A DNA stretch of 64,000 bases. Origin: the human T2T-CHM13v2.0 reference genome, Homo sapiens. Below, piece by piece: positions 1-11,943 of this stretch. The notes below the pieces were generated by a model. That model saw only the letters and a list, made by a program, of their open reading frames with translations, was not told where the DNA came from and did no database searches. Both the position numbers and the translations under genes were made by a program. The stretch lies in NCBI RefSeq assembly GCF_009914755.1, contig NC_060926.1. One strand, 5' to 3'. The number at the start of each line of letters is the position of its first letter. Position 1 is the first letter of the stretch.

Positions 1-1408
1 TGGTGCCAGCCCCATCACAGACGGCAGGGGACCTGAGATAGACATGGCCCCCTCTGCCCAGGCCCCCTTGCTGGAAAGGCAGAGGCACATCTTACCTCCG
101 GGGACCCCACTCTCACCTCGGAGGATGTTTTAGGCCATGCTGTGTGTTGCCATCTTTGGGAAAAACTAGTTTAACGAAGGAGTCATGAATTTGGCGAGGG
201 GCCGCCTCTGCTGACGGTGTTTCCTGAGTCCCTGCCCTTCACTGGGGCACGAGGGCACATGTGCCTCCGTTGCGCACCTGGGTGGGTGGGGCTGGCCGTG
301 ACCAGCGGTTCCAGGTGACGCTGCCCTGGGAGAGCTCCTTGGCAGGGCTCTGGGGTGAGCTGGGCAGGGACCCGGGAGGTCAGAGGCCCCTGGGTCTTGG
401 CCAAGCAGCTGGAGAGCTGGTGCTGGGAGTGTGTGCTGAGGGGTAGCACGGGCCGAAGGGCTCCTTCCCACTGGCTCTGTTGGCTCAGCCTCGAATTGTC
501 TGCAGGGACGCCTGCTGGCCACACATCACCATGAGGATGCACTTGACTGAATCTGGAAGAATCCCAGGGCTGTGGAAGATTTTGGAAGATAAAATGCCCC
601 CAAGGAAGCATTAATTAATAAATGAATAAATATGCCCAGGCTTAAACGAATTTCCTGCAACAGCTATTCACTGGGCAGGCCCTGGTAGGGTCCTTGCCTT
701 CCCCACACCTGTTTGAAGTGTAGGTCCTTCTCAGAATAGGCAGAAGGAGCAGGTGGCACTGATGAGATGGAGCAGTCGTCACCCACATTCCCACACCTTA
801 CCAGGATGAGGATCTCCAAACTGGGGCAGAGCTGGGCTCCATGAGTGAGCATTGCGTTGAGAAACCACCCTGTGTAAGTACAAAGAGGCTTGTCCCACAG
901 CTCCTGGTCACCAAAAGCTGTCAGCAACTCTCACTGGACCTTGGGTCTTGGGCACGTCCCTCCAGCCTCAGTGCCCCGGGAAGGAATTCACAGAGAGCGG
1001 CTTCAACCTCCCAGGGCCATGTAGAGGCCAAACCAGAGCGACTGTGGGTAGAGCGCCTTGCCCAACCTCGGCCCGGCTACAAGGGCATCGCAGGCCAGAC
1101 CCTTCACTTGGCTCTCCCCATGTGCCCACGTCCTCCGGGAGCTCCGGCTGTCACAGCTGAAGGTAGAAATCTTCTTACGGTCCCCCACACTGTGTCTGCA
1201 CAAAGTGAGACGCTGACTTCCCAACTCACCCACCTGCTGCGCTGGGTCAAGCTGATAAGAGCAGCCCCTGAAGCCACAGAAAAATCCTAGGCATGCCAGG
1301 AAAGTGCGAAGCCCCCGGGGGCCCTGGGATGTGAGCTCTGCGCGTGGAGGTGTGTTGGCTTGGGGTGATCTTTCCAATGGACTTCAGAGCCTCCAGGAGA
1401 CCAGAGAA

Positions 1409-1626
1409 CAGAGCTCTGGGACGGGGGGCACAGGCGCGATGTGGGGTCAGCTTGTCTCCCCGAGGAGACTCCACAGTCCAGAGCTCTGGCACAGGGGGGC
1501 ACAGGCGCGGTGTGGGGTCAGCTTGTCTCCCCGAGGAGACTCCACAGTCCAGAGCTCTGGACAGGTGGGCACAGGCACAGTGTGGGGTCACTTGCCCCCC
1601 TCACCCTGGGAGACTTCACAGTCCAG
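1409..1626. repeat. Minisatellite, ~70-bp unit, ~3 copies
   Basis: CAGAGCTCTGG recurs at 1409, 1479 and 1550, each followed by ...CACAGGC..TGTGGGGTCA...ACAGTCCAG. Confidence 0.9.
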
Positions 1627-2779
1627 GCAGAACTCACCGGAAGGAAACAAACTCAGGTCTGCCAGGGCACATTTTGCACTTGCCATGAGTGTGGTGGTTC
1701 TGTTAACATTCCCAGTAAATCCACTGTCCCATCAGGACACAGGAAGGGAGGTTCCTGGGGCAGGGGCCTTGCCAGGGGCATGTGACTTCTGGTGGAGCTC
1801 TGGGCCCCGCAGGTCTGGACATGGCTGTATTCTTCATTAGTGCCATCTCTGGGCCATGTTTCTTTAAAGACGTGACGAAGAGTCTCTTTATTTTTATTAA
1901 TTGAATCATTAATTAGTTTTTGCATAGGGAAGTTGCCAGGTTTTAGTTCTTTTAGAGAATTCTCAGCTTCCCAAATAGGTATTAATGATCAAAGCTCATT
2001 TTCAGTCATTGGAGGGGGGGCAAAAGGAGATGTAATTGCTAATTATTTGGAATCATCTGAACTGCAATCACTCGAATGGCAGACGATTTACGCAACAGCC
2101 TGGAACCCTGAAGCTTGTTTGGAATTCTTCCAGGTCAAGAGGCTGGGAGGTGCCCTCTGCCTTTCAAGATCAGAGAGTAGCTGATCCCCCTCCTGCCGTC
2201 ATTTATGGACTGAATAACCACAGAGAGTGTGAGGCCGGCGGAAACTTGGCAGTGCCTGTTTGTCATTGTCAGTTTCAAATACTTTTTAATTTTGAATAGT
2301 TGTAGATTTTCAGAAGGGTTATGAAGATTGTGCAGGCAGTTTCTGCAAGCTGCTGCTAATTTCCCTCAGCTTCCACGTCTTCGCTGCCATGGTCCACCTG
2401 CAGCAGCCAAGAAAGCCGCGTTGCATCGCCACGAGCTAAACTCCAGCCTTCGGATTTCAGAGCTTCCATCCATGTCCTCTCTCTGCTGTGACCCCACCTG
2501 GGGTGCCACGTCGTGTCTGATCCTCCTGTGTCCTCGGCTTCTCTGGTCTGTGACATTTCTGTCTCTCCTTTGCCATGACCCTGGCAGTGTGGAGGAGACT
2601 GTTGGGCACCCTGTGGATGCCCCTCAGTCTGGGTTCATCTGTCCTTTTCCTCATGGTTAGCCTGAGGTGGTGGGCTTCCGCAAATAATACCAAGGAGGTG
2701 AAATGTTCTTCCCCTCACGGCCTCTCAGGGGCATAGAACATCCTCTTGACTTCACAGGTGGCGTTAACCCGATCGCTTG

Positions 2780-3128
2780 TGTGAAAATAACGCATCGGGA
2801 GGCACTAGGCTGAGGGCTTCAGTACCTCAGAAGCAAACCCAGTTCCTGCACACAGAAACCCCATTCAGGGTAAGGGGTCCTGTCCTAGGAAAGAAAATTC
2901 AAGTTTAAACAGAAACTGCCAGCTAACCTCAAAGCAGAGGCCGTGTGACTGCTGTTTCACTTCAATCCATCCTTTTTCTGTTCTTCCTTCCAAGAACACT
3001 GATGAAGGTTTTCCTTGTGCTCCTTGGTAGAGCCCAAACTGCTGTAGTTCAGTGCTGCCCAGCTCATGGATTCCTGTCTCCTCAAATAACTCTTTACACT
3101 TTCACGTGCCTACGTTTATCTTCTAACA
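2780..3128 (+). mobile_element. ERV1-class solo LTR, MER93-like
   Basis: TG...CA termini (TGTGAAAATAA...TTCTAACA) and perfect 4-bp TSD CTTG (2776-2779 / 3129-3132). The start GGGAGGCACTAGGCTGAGG and end AAATAACTCTTTA..GTGCC..GTTTATCTT resemble the recalled MER93 consensus. Confidence 0.75.
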
Positions 3129-4224
3129 CTTGGATCAGGTGGCGTCCGCCAGGTGTCTTCGCTGTAAAGTCACTGTCTTCCCTTCCACCGCTCCACTCTT
3201 TGGGATGAGTCACGAAGCCTGTGCTACCTTCAGGGGAGGGCTGGGGAAGAGTTAAACTCCATCTCCTGGAGGGGCTGCTACATATGATCATATGATGTTA
3301 TTTGGAGTAAGAAAGATTTGCCTCTTCTCCACATTTACTTGTTTATTCAATTATTTATACCAGTATGGGCTCATGATATTTACTGTATATTTTTTATTAT
3401 AATTCAATCATCCAATATATTATTTCTTTTGTTGTTCAAATTTTTCCATCTTTGGCCATTGGCAGCCCTTTCACGTTGGCATCTGTGTCCATTGGACAAT
3501 CCCCCATCCTTTTGTTTTTTTGAAAATTTCCTTACTTTTTGATATCATGAGATACTCCAGGCTCATCTTGTCTTCTCTCTGATCCACCCTAGAATCAGCC
3601 GTGGTTCCCCTCATTGGAGAATGATATTTAGAAACAGAAACCTGGGTGCTGGGTGTGCTCAGTGGGACGAGGGTGTCACTGCCTCCAGCCCTGTCAGTGA
3701 AGAGAGCTGCGTAATGTGCGTGCAGATAATACCCTATGTGTGAACACATACTTCAGATTATCTCTGGATCTGTCCATCCTTATATCGATGCAAAGCTAAA
3801 CATGAGTTCACACTGATGTCTCTGATTCTCATCTAGTACCACAGGGTTCAGTCTAAACTTCCTCTTATTTACAAATAACCTTCCCCTCCAACACAAGAAG
3901 CCTGCCTCCCATGGTTTGCCATCCGTTGACTTATCTGTTCAATCCCAGTGTATGTGAATTGTTAACTTGTACCCCTGTGGGAAATTTACCAACAAAGGAA
4001 TGATATTAATGTCCTTTTGTCTTTAGCTTTACAATTTCCACTCAAAACATCATATTCTGAAGTTACTCAGGTCAGCTTCCTGTTTCTTTAAGTTCGCCCT
4101 CATTACTGTCCGCGCTTTGTGATGTGCAGTCATGTGTTACCACCCCAGTGCCAGAAAGAAGAGCTCCTCGTGTGTCCGCCGATGGCCAAGCACTCCTCTC
4201 CCCAGCCCCTGGCAACTGCTAGTC

Positions 4225-4445
4225 CAAGCTTGTCCAACCCACAGCCCGTGGGCTGCATGCGGCCCAGGATGGCTTTGAATGTGGCCCAACACAAATTCGT
4301 AAACTTTCTTAACACCTTATGAGATTTATACATGGACTTTTTTTGCTCAAGAGCTATTGTTAGTGTTAGTATATTTTATGTGTGGCCCAAGGCACAATTC
4401 TTCTTCCAGTGTGGCCCAGGGAAGCCAAAAGATTGGACACCCCGG
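4225..4445 (-). mobile_element. MER30 (hAT-Charlie MITE), full length
   Basis: CAAGCTTGTCCAACCC...GGCTTTGAATGTGGCCCAACACAAATTCGTAAACTTTCTTAA...GGGAAGCCAAAAGATTGGACACCCC; 8-bp TSD tgCTAGTC/ccCTAGTC with the Charlie-type CTAG core. Confidence 0.92.
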
Positions 4446-4669
4446 CCCTAGTCTGTTCATTCCTATAGTTTTAATTTTTCCAAAGTATCATATGAATGGA
4501 ATCATGTGATATGTAGCCCATGAATCATGTATATGGGTTTTTCACTTAGTAGAGCACATTTAAGATTCATCATTGTTGCTATGTGAATCAATAGCTGGTT
4601 CCTTTTATCTCTCCGCAGCTCCTACTGCACTGAGAAGCACGTGTTCTCCATTTCCCTGGGGGAGACCAT

Positions 4670-5006
4670 TGTATTGGGCAGTTTGGAACAAAACACCATG
4701 GACTGGGAGGCTTACACAACAGAAATTTATTTCTTGCTGTTCTAGAGGCTGGGAAGCTCAAGGTGCTGGCTGCATATTCATTCTGAGGCCTCTTCTGATG
4801 TGCAGGCAGCTGCCTTCTGACTTGTGCTCACATTGGAGAGAGGGAGTCAGCTTTGGTGTCTCTTCTTGTAAGGACACTAACCCCATTCACTAGGGCCCCA
4901 CCCTCATGACCTAATCACCCCCAAAGGTCCTGTCTCCAGACATATCACATGGGGCAGAGCTTCAATGTACCAATTCTGGGGGGTCACAAACCCTCCGTCC
5001 ATAGCA
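4670..5006 (-). mobile_element. MLT1A-type MaLR solo LTR
   Basis: GGCTTACACAACAGAAATTTATTTC, TAAGGACACTAACCCCATTCA, CCCACCCTCATGACCTAATCACC, ends TCCATAGCA. Confidence 0.85.
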
Positions 5007-5373
5007 GACATCTTGGTTGCTCCCAGTTTTTAGAGATTAAGAATAAAACAACTGTAAATATTTACATGCAGGTTTTTGTGTGAACAAGTTTTCATGCCAG
5101 CTGGGTAAATAGCTAGGGCTGTGATGGCCAGATCCTGTGGTAAGATTCTGTTCCACATTCTAAGAAACTGCCCAACTGTCTTCCACAGTGGCTGTGCCAT
5201 TTTGCAGTTCTGACAGCAATTCTGTAGCTCCACAACCTCATCAGCACTGGGTGGTGGTGCTTGAATTTTGCATTTTAGCCATTCTAATTGGTGTGGGTAG
5301 TAGTTCTCATTTGGGGTTCAATTTGCTTTTTCCTTTTTTTTTTTTTTTTTTTGGCAGGCTGGACATCTCCTAG

Positions 5374-5706
<333 letters not shown>

Positions 5707-6037
5707 TAAATAGGTTGTGAATTGGAGATTTGCATTAACCCTGCCCAGGGCCGGGCTGTGTTTGCTGTAGCTGTGTGTGTATAACTTCAGATCCCTCTGT
5801 GACCTCCTTTTGTCTCCCTTTGTGGTTTTGGGCTTTCCTTTGCTGTTCCTCGGACAGCCTGTGTCTGTCAGGTCTCTTAGCTGTAATCCAGTTATCCCAG
5901 AGCTTGTCAGTTAGAGGGGAGGGAAGGGTTGGGGAGGGGCAGTTCCCTGGTCTCTGTCTTTGGACTTCATGGGGCCTGTGCCCCCATCCTGCCATGGCCT
6001 TCACAAGGGTTTCTGTCCTCGCTCCAGAGTGAGGTGC

Positions 6038-6180
6038 CACCCATCCCCCATCCCCCACCCATCCCCTCCCCATCCCCCACCCCTCCCCTCCCCACCCCAT
6101 CCCCCATCCCCCATCCCTTCCTCATCCCCTCCCCATCCCCCCATCCCCCACCCATCCCCTCCCCATCCCCCACTCCCAGC
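6038..6180. repeat. C-rich (CCCCAT/CCCCT)n low-complexity tract; G4-forming on the - strand
   Basis: More than 20 closely spaced C3-C5 runs. Confidence 0.92.
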
Positions 6181-6746
6181 CTCGGCAGGGATGCCTCTGT
6201 TCCTTGTCTGTGTCCTGGAGTCCAGCATGAAGACCTTTGCTTGTGAATACCCTTCCCTGGGACCAGGACCCTTGGGGAAATGCTTGATCCCACATCTGGA
6301 GTAGGAGAAGCACAGGTTGACCTTGGGAGCTGTTGCCCTGTATTGCAGCTGCTGTGTGCATGGGGCATGTAGGCCATGCATGGGTGTGGTGCTTCCATCC
6401 AGCTCAAAGTGCGTTGTCTGCTCTTAAGTGTTCTTGGCAACACGTGATCCCCAGTTCAAGGCTGGTGTGTATTAAGTTCTCATTTCTTTGGAGAGACAAA
6501 AAAGATGGAAAGCGGCATTGCTTGCTGAGCCCAGGGAATACAAAGGAAAGGCAGGCCGAGGGGGAAACCAGTGTCAACAGTGGAGGTGGCTCTCTGATAA
6601 CCTCGTGGAGCTGGAGTTTGGAGTGCAAGTACTCAGACGTCCAGAAACCCTCTTTCTCTGTAACTCAGCTATCCATGGACGAAACCAAAGGAATGGCCTA
6701 CATTTGCAACCCACTCTTGATTTCTCCCTTTTGCAATGCCAGGGAG

Positions 6747-7121
6747 CTGTGTTGGTCAGCGAAATATCGCATCCTGGGTGGCTTAAACAACAGAAGTGTA
6801 TTTTCTCAGCACTCTGAAGGGAAGAAGACTGAGATCCGGGTCTCGGCAGGGCTGGGCGCTGTGGAGGCCACTCTCCGTGGCTTGCAGATGGAGCTTCTTT
6901 GCTGTGTCCTCACAGCATCGTCCCTCTGTGGGTGTCTGTGTCCTCATCTCCTCTTATATAGGACACCAGGCAGGTTGGATTAGAGCCCACACTGGTCACC
7001 TCATTTTAACTTTATCACCCTTTTTAAAAGGTCCTATGTCCCAAAACAGTCACATTCTTTGGGGCTTGGGGTTAGAGCTTCAACACATGAATTCGGGAGG
7101 AGCACGACTCTGCCTGTAACA
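6747..7121 (-). mobile_element. MLT1B-like MaLR LTR
   Basis: GGGTGGCTTAAACAACAGAA, CTCCTCTTATATAGGACACCAG, GGATTAGAGCCCAC, ACAGTCACATTC, CTTCAACACATGAATT, ends TGTAACA. Confidence 0.85.
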
Positions 7122-7424
7122 CCAGCAATGGATTCGGGCCTGTGGACTTCAGCAGCGCTGCCCTTTGTGTGGAAGTGACGGAGTCAGCCTGCCCCATAGG
7201 TTCCTGGGTGTGAGCTTCGGCCGCACACAAAAGGTCTATTTGGCGACTCTGGCCACGCTCTTAGGACAAAGGACATGGATTGACAAGTGGCGGGCACGGA
7301 CGGAGGTGCAGATGATGTCCACGGACACGACAAGTCCATGAGGCCTGGGAGGGCCCCGGCCACCCTGGCCTCACGTTCCCTGAGTCTCTCCTGTAAGCCC
7401 AGCTTCCCACCCTTCAGGGTGTAG

Positions 7425-7515
7425 ATGCCCATGTTAAAATCCAGATTCCAGCCCGGGAGGCCTGAGGTGGGCCTGAGACTCTGCATTTCCAGCAAACACC
7501 CAAGTGACGTGCCAG
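7425..7515. mobile_element. MER5A-like DNA transposon fragment
   Basis: TGTTAAAATCCAGATTCC...GGTGGGCCTGAGACTCTGCATTTCCAGCAA...CCCAAGTGA. Confidence 0.5.
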
Positions 7516-8699
7516 CATCCCTGTTCTCATGCCATCTCTGTGTGCGAAACTCTAACTCACTCGTGGCCGGTGCTCCTACCTCCTTGTCACTCTGCAGAGA
7601 ATGCAGTGACGTCAAGTTCAATTGAAGGCTCGTGGCCAACATGCTCACGTGGACACCCACAAAGGGGCCACCCAGACTGTGGTATTTTATTGAGGAGCGA
7701 CTAATATAGCTCCCTGGCGTTATAAATGGGAGAAATCAAGAGTGAGTTGCAAATACAGGCCATTCTTTTGGTTTTGTCCACAGATAGCTGAGTTACAGAG
7801 TAACTGTGTAGTCTGTGTGGTGCAGGGGGTGGCAGAGGGGAAGGGGCAGGTGAGGCTTGGCATGAGGGGCTTCTCATTGCAGGCGTCCGAGGGAGTTCAG
7901 TGGAGGAGTAAGACCCAGGGAGAGCCCAGCTGGGCTGAGGCTTGTTTTCTGCACATGGGTTGCTCCACCGTGAATAGTTAATGAACTAAGTGTCATTTTC
8001 ACTAAATCTTTCCTTTGCACCAAACTCACTACCATTCTTCATGGAGTCTTTCTGGGGCTTCTGTTTGCAATGACTCATCTGGGGAGAGGACGGAAGGACA
8101 GTCAGTGTCCAGCTTGGTTGGTAGATGGGTAGGTCAGATGGAGATGAGAAAGACCTTTTCCCCTCATCACTCTCACGCAGTTAATCCAGAGCCCCTTAGA
8201 GAGGTTTACAACTGGAGCTGCTATTTAAAGGCCTAGATGAGAATGTAATAGTAATAATGATCCTCATTTTTATTCTCAGCTGACAGAGCAAGGGAATGTG
8301 TGTGAATGCTAATCCATGCACATACATGTCTATAAATATTCTGCATGGAACCATCTGTGTCTATGTCAAGCTAAACTGGGGTTCATACCAGGGTCTCCAA
8401 CCATAGCCCATCCCCACTGGGGTCCTTCCAGCTCACTCGGCTTCTGGATGTACGACTCCCACAGGTGGAGGAAGGCCCCCAGAGAAGTCTGCTGAAAATT
8501 GTTATTCATGAATGGAGGTTGGACTTCTTCAGATACACTTCCCGAGTCTGTTAACATGGTGATGTGACGTTTGCCCTTCATGTTACTCATAGGGACTATT
8601 CTGTTAGCTACCAATTCTGCTGCTTTAAATAAAAACACCATTAAAAAACAAAAAGAAACAAATTGTAATAAAATATTTGCATACATATAAAATCTGAAA

Positions 8700-9690
8700 G
8701 ACATATATCAAAATATAAAGGTCCTTCCTTTACAAATCAATAAATATACCTTTTTAAAAAAACAGACAAGACAGACATTAGACAAAAGGTGATACAAGAA
8801 TGACCAATAAGCAAATTGAAAGCACTCAGTATCCTCGGCCATCAGGAAATGCACATTCATCATAATGGGATGCTGTGTGACGCACGTTGAAATAACTGGA
8901 TGTGAAGATCCTGGCCCCACCCTGTGCCGGGAGGGTCTGGAACATCTGGAATATTCACGTCGCCGGCGGGGAGGAGGTGCACAGGCACAGGCACTTTGAC
9001 CATAGCATGGCAGGTCCCCCACAACTATATGTACACCTGCCCTGTGCCCAGCAAAATGTAAATGTCTTCCACAAATAGTCCTGGACAGGGTCTCTCAAAG
9101 GGGCTTTAACTGTAACAGCCCACACCTGGAATTGTCCACAGTCCTGGGCGGGGTCACTCATAGTAACAGCCCACACCTGGAATTGTCCACAGTCCTGGGC
9201 GGGGTCGCTCACAGTAACAGCCCACACCTGGAATTGTCCACAGTCCTGGGCGGGGTCACTCACAGTAACAGGCCACACCTGGAATTGTCCAGCATTCCTC
9301 AACAGGAAACAGTTAAAGAAAGTGTGTCTAACCACACATGGAAGGCCACTGGGCAATGAAAATGCATGAACTTCTGGCGTCCACAATCTAGTGGATGAAT
9401 CTCAAAAGATACTTCGAGCAAAAACACCGGACAGAAGCGTCCGTGCCAGCCCCGCAGGCTGCCTGTGTGCCAGGCTATCCCGTGCCATCTGATCCGGGAG
9501 AAGCAGGACTTTCTTGCACAGGTACTCAGCGCTGTGGCTGTGGGAGGAGCCGGGAGGGCCCTGGCGTGGGTGGGCTTGGGGAAACTGTAGGAGCTGGAAA
9601 TATTTCATATCTTATTTGGGGTGTTGTTTACAGGGGAACTTGACAAACTCATCTAATGGTACAATCGAGACATCTGTGTAAATAAAGTGT
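8700..9690 (+). mobile_element. Old L1ME-like ORF2/3' end fragment
   Basis: CAAATCAATAA, GACCAATAAGCA, CATCAGGAAATGCA, GGATGAATCTCAAAA, GAGCTGGAAATATTTCATATCTTATTTGGGGTG. Confidence 0.6.
9111..9290. repeat. Minisatellite, 51-bp unit, ~3.5 copies, inside the L1
   Basis: TAACAGCCCACACCTGGAATTGTCCA at 9113, 9164, 9215 and 9266. Confidence 0.92.
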
Positions 9691-10331
9691 CAAAAATCAT
9701 CCTGCTGACATCCATGCTCCCCGCCCCACGGCGCTTCCCGGCCCTCAGCCCTCCCGTGCGGCTCCTGCCCCCTGGCCAGGGCATCTCCCAGACCAGCGCT
9801 AGGCAGCAGGCACTGTCCTAACCCCAGAGCCTGTGGGCCTGGGGCATCAGTGAGGAGGAGGCTGAGGACTGATGGTTTGCAGGTTGCTCCGGGAGACCAG
9901 AAACCTGGTGAGGAGAGGCATTAGGAGGTGAGGTAGGAGGCGTTACGAAGGCCCCCGAAAGCTGCCTGTTTGTTTGGTTTTAGTGGGGAGATAGTTTTCC
10001 AGTACAGAATTTCTACCAGAGTGCCCCATACATAAAACATAACAATGACATGAGATGCTTTGGGGCAGCCTTGGGGTGGATGGGACCTGTGTCCCCCTCT
10101 GCAGTCCTCACAGGCGCCCCACGTGTGGGTCTCACGCTGAGATGCACCGAGCCAGCTGGAAAATGCCGGGTCAGGGGGCTGCTCAGGGGCGGCTTCTCTT
10201 TAGGTAAAGTCAGTGAATCCCGATGGCCAAGTGCGAGGCATCGGGGAGATCGCAGAAAGGGTCGAGGGACTCAGGCCCAAGCCTGGGGTGACAAAATCTT
10301 ATAAGTGGAATCATAGAGTATGTAAGATGGC

Positions 10332-10332
<1 letters not shown>

Positions 10333-10365
<33 letters not shown>

Positions 10366-10380
10366 CAGAGAGGAGAGAGG
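10333..10380. repeat. Compound (GT)n(GA)n microsatellite
   Basis: Direct reading. Confidence 0.95.
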
Positions 10381-10384
10381 GGGT

Positions 10385-10937
10385 CTTGGTAACCTTTAGG
10401 TCACATTTGGCAGTTTAAACATAAACCTGCTTCCAAATTAACTGGCTTTGGAGACGTCTGTGACTCGTGGGCACACCCTGCCCCTGAGTGGAGAATCTCA
10501 CCATCAGCTTCTCCGGCTGTTGACGCACTGATCGGCACCCACTGACACTGAAAGGATGCCGATTTGTTTCTGAACCGTGAAATGTTGATCTGATTCTGTG
10601 TCATGACATTCTGCTGACTTGCTTCTGAATCACGAAGCTTTGCTGGTTTGTTTCGGAATCATGAAGCTTTCTGATTGCCTTGCATGGAGACGTTTTAGCC
10701 CTCACGGTATGATCTGTGTGCACTGGCTGTGCCCTCCAACCTGTCCCCCCATGAGAAGGATGCCTCTGTTGTGAGGAGTCCCCTCCCTTCTCCTAAACTT
10801 TTCCAGAAAGTCTTCCACCTAGTAGCCGACCCCAGAACATGCTCAGTTCTGTGGGCGTCTTCCCAAGTGGATCCCCATGTTCAGCTTCCAATAAAACTTT
10901 ATCCAGTCACTTCTGCCTGCACAGCCTTAGTTTCCAT
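10385..10937 (+). mobile_element. Probable ERV1-class LTR (family uncertain, MER67/MER90-like)
   Basis: Internal short repeats TTCTGAATCA(C/T)GAAGCTTT, CCCCTCCCTTCTCCTAAACTT, and CAATAAAACTTT near the 3' end. Confidence 0.45.
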
Positions 10938-10949
10938 CAGAAGTCTACA

Positions 10950-11010
10950 CGTGTGTATGTGTATAGACACACACACACACACGTGCACACGTGCACACAC
11001 ATGCACGTTT
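10950..11010. repeat. (CA)n/(TG)n microsatellite
   Basis: Direct reading. Confidence 0.85.
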
Positions 11011-11290
11011 TGTGTCTGGCTATTTTCACTTACAATTTTTTTTTTTGTCAGCCTAACAGGTGAATCTGATTTTGATTCTTTAGATGCTGCCTAAGGAAGT
11101 TGAAGAAAAAAATTCCTTTTTTTGTAGTAGCTGGATCTGTATCCAAAATTTAACGTATTGTAGCTCTCCTGCTGTGCCAGGCTCAGTTTGTTTTAAAGAT
11201 TTCCCAGAGGGGACGACTCAGAAAGAGGCTCTGAGGGTGTGGCATCCTCTGCACACTTTGGGTGCCACCAGCTGACGTGTGACTGTGACT

Positions 11291-11943
11291 TCACGGGTGG
11301 TGCCCCGGCCTCATATGCTTCGTGGTTCTCTGTCTCACTCCTGCTCACGGGCGATGCCCTGGCCTCACGTGCCTCGTGGTTCTCTGTCTCACTCCTGCTC
11401 ACGGGCGGTGCCCCGGCCTCACGTGCCCCGTGGTTCTCTGTCTCTCTCCTGCTCACAGGAAGTGCCCCGGCCTCACGTGCCCCGTGGTTCTCTGTCTCGC
11501 TCCTGCTCATGGGCAGTGCCCCGGCCTCACGTGCCCCGTGGTTCTCTGTCTCTCTCCTGCTCACAGGAAGTGCCCCGGCCTCACGTGCCCCGTGGTTCTC
11601 TGTCTCTCTCCTGCTCATGGGCAGTGCCCCGGCCTCACGTGCCCCGTGGTTCTCTGTCTCTCTCCTGCTCACAGGCGGTGCCCTGGCCTCACGTGCCCCG
11701 TGGTGCTCTGTCTCGCTCCTGCTCATGGGCAGTGCCCCGGCCTCACGTGCCCCGTGGTTCTCTGTCTCTCTCCTGCTCACGGGCGATGCCCTGGCCTCAC
11801 GTGCCCCGTGGTTCTCTGTCTCTCTGCTGCTCATGGGCAGTGCCCCGGCCTCACGTGCCCCGTGGTTCTCTGTCTCTCTCCTGCTCACAGGCGGTGCCCT
11901 GGCCTCACGTGGCCCGTGGTGCTCTGTCTCGCTCCTGCTCACC
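11291..11943. repeat. VNTR, 54-bp unit, ~12 copies, CACGTG in 11 units
   Basis: TCACGGG at 11291 and 11345; unit GGCCTCACGTGCCCCGTGGTTCTCTGTCTCTCTCCTGCTCA...; 18-aa periodicity in the ORF track. Confidence 0.97.

Larger units (their letters stand above)
2283..5330 (-). mobile_element. Old L1M (L1MC/L1MD-like) 3' region, interrupted by an LTR, MER30 and an MLT1
   Basis: Recognisable L1MC-type antisense segments (TTTTTAATTTTGAATAGTTGTAGATT; GTTAACCCGATCGCTTG|CTTGGATCAGGTGGCGTCCGCCAGG; ATATGAATGGAATCAT; GGTTTTTGTGTGAACAAGTTTTCA; TTTTAGCCATTCTAAT) that resume collinearly across each insertion. Confidence 0.7.

Noticed and set aside
6333-6983. 216-aa ORF
   Set aside because: Runs into the MLT1B LTR, has no recognisable domain, and has a non-ATG start
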